Source of the DNA: an uncultured Actinomycetes bacterium
GTDB taxonomy: Bacteria > Actinomycetota > Actinomycetes > Streptosporangiales > Streptosporangiaceae
Assembly: GCA_963804455.1 (NCBI GenBank)
Contig: CAWDRD010000125.1
Location: forward strand, 29,057 to 93,056
Length of the DNA stretch: 64,000 bases
Direction: 5' to 3'
Below, one piece after another: positions 63,289-64,000 of the stretch. The notes under the pieces were generated by a model. The model searched no databases. It had not been told where the DNA came from and was given only the letters and a program-made list of their open reading frames with translations. Position numbers and translations under genes: made by a program. Position 1 is the first letter of the stretch; every line of letters starts with the position of its first letter.

Positions 63289-64000
63289 TCAGCGTGAGCC
63301 GGACACTACCCGGGCCACGGCCCGGACCGCGGGCGAGTCGGCCAGATCATCGAGGGAGACAGCGCGCCCCTCGCCGTCACACAGGGGAACCCGCCAGTTC
63401 GGGTACTCATCGGTGGTGCCCGGCATGTTCTGCGGACGGCGGTCGCCCACGGCATCGGCCAGCGACACACCGAGCAGCAGAGCCGGGGTCCGGGCCAGGA
63501 ACCCGTACAGCGCGACGGTGAACTCAGCCGGGCCAGGCCGCGAGCCGGGCGCCAGCAGCCCCTCCGCCACCAGGGCCTCCCGCCAGGCCGTGACCACCGA
63601 CTCCGCTTCCGCCCGCTCGACCTGGTAGGGACGGGTCAGCAGGCCGAGCCGGGACCGCAGCTCGACCTGCTCCCCGGTGACGAACGCGGCCACCGGCGGC
63701 ACGTCGTGGGTGCCGACCATCGCCAGGCAGTTGCGCCGCCATTTGTCCGGCGGCAGCGGCGCGCCATCCGGGTCACGCTCGAACCAGAGCATGGAGGTGC
63801 CGAGAATGCCCTGCGCGGCCAGGTACTCCCGGATCCACGGCGCGACGGTGCCGAGATCCTCGCCCACGGCCAGCGCCCCGGCCGCAGCCGCCTGAGCGGC
63901 CAGCACCCCGACCATGGCCTCGTGGTCATACCGCACGTAGGTGCCCTGATCAGGAGTCATCCCCGCGGGTACCCACCACAGCCGCAGCAGGCCCATCACA
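63289..64000 (-). CDS. malQ: 4-alpha-glucanotransferase (amylomaltase) MalQ, C-terminal part; 5' end outside window
   Basis: ...GTHDVPP...TDEYPNWRVPL... C-terminal GH77 motifs. ORF open to the window edge. Confidence 0.75.
   Translation of the reverse strand, partial: VMGLLRLWWVPAGMTPDQGTYVRYDHEAMVGVLAAQAAAAGALAVGEDLGTVAPWIREYLAAQGILGTSMLWFERDPDGAPLPPDKWRRNCLAMVGTHDVPPVAAFVTGEQVELRSRLGLLTRPYQVERAEAESVVTAWREALVAEGLLAPGSRPGPAEFTVALYGFLARTPALLLGVSLADAVGDRRPQNMPGTTDEYPNWRVPLCDGEGRAVSLDDLADSPAVRAVARVVSGSR

Overview
Summary. This is a high-GC actinomycete chromosomal segment with Streptomyces/Micromonospora-like synteny and a housekeeping backbone, most of it on the minus strand. Layout: rodA–PBP2–mreD–mreC–mreB (1-6301); DUF4233–folC–valS–clpX–clpP2–clpP1–tig (6648-15859); a metabolic block with a GMC oxidoreductase, zwf, a 2-hydroxyacid dehydrogenase and a cyclase (16855-22021); a divergent tRNA-Pro(UGG)/tRNA-Gly(UCC) pair (22082-22428) with a PIN-toxin remnant beside it; an envelope-modifying block with a GT39-like glycosyltransferase, a carboxylesterase, a phosphoesterase, a GT2 and an alpha/beta hydrolase (23522-31341); an NfeD–flotillin operon; a roughly 3 kb repeat-rich, almost gene-free tract around a ribokinase gene (32850-35850); a PAS/GAF-PP2C-HATPase regulator convergent with a MacB-type ABC exporter (36097-40745); a complete hopanoid cluster hpnH–ispH–hpnG–shc–polyprenyl synthase–hpnE–hpnD–hpnC (41074-50560); a divergent conservon cvnABCD (51541-56142); then a membrane PP2C phosphatase, an Eis-like GNAT, rpiB, an Rv2466c-like DsbA/mycoredoxin, pepN and the 3' end of malQ. 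Two points shape the interpretation. First, conserved and essential genes (rodA, mreC, folC, valS, clpP1, tig, zwf, the ABC ATPase, hpnH, ispH, hpnG, shc, cvnA and others) are repeatedly split across reading frames, which most likely reflects assembly indels in G/C runs rather than true pseudogenes. Second, the window carries several distinct tandem-repeat arrays (26-bp x ~10.5, 151-bp x 3, 18-bp x ~18, several 15-bp coding arrays) and a perfect 46-bp palindrome. No integrase, transposase, CRISPR or rRNA was seen. Coordinates of non-CDS elements are hand-counted and may be off by 1-2 nt.
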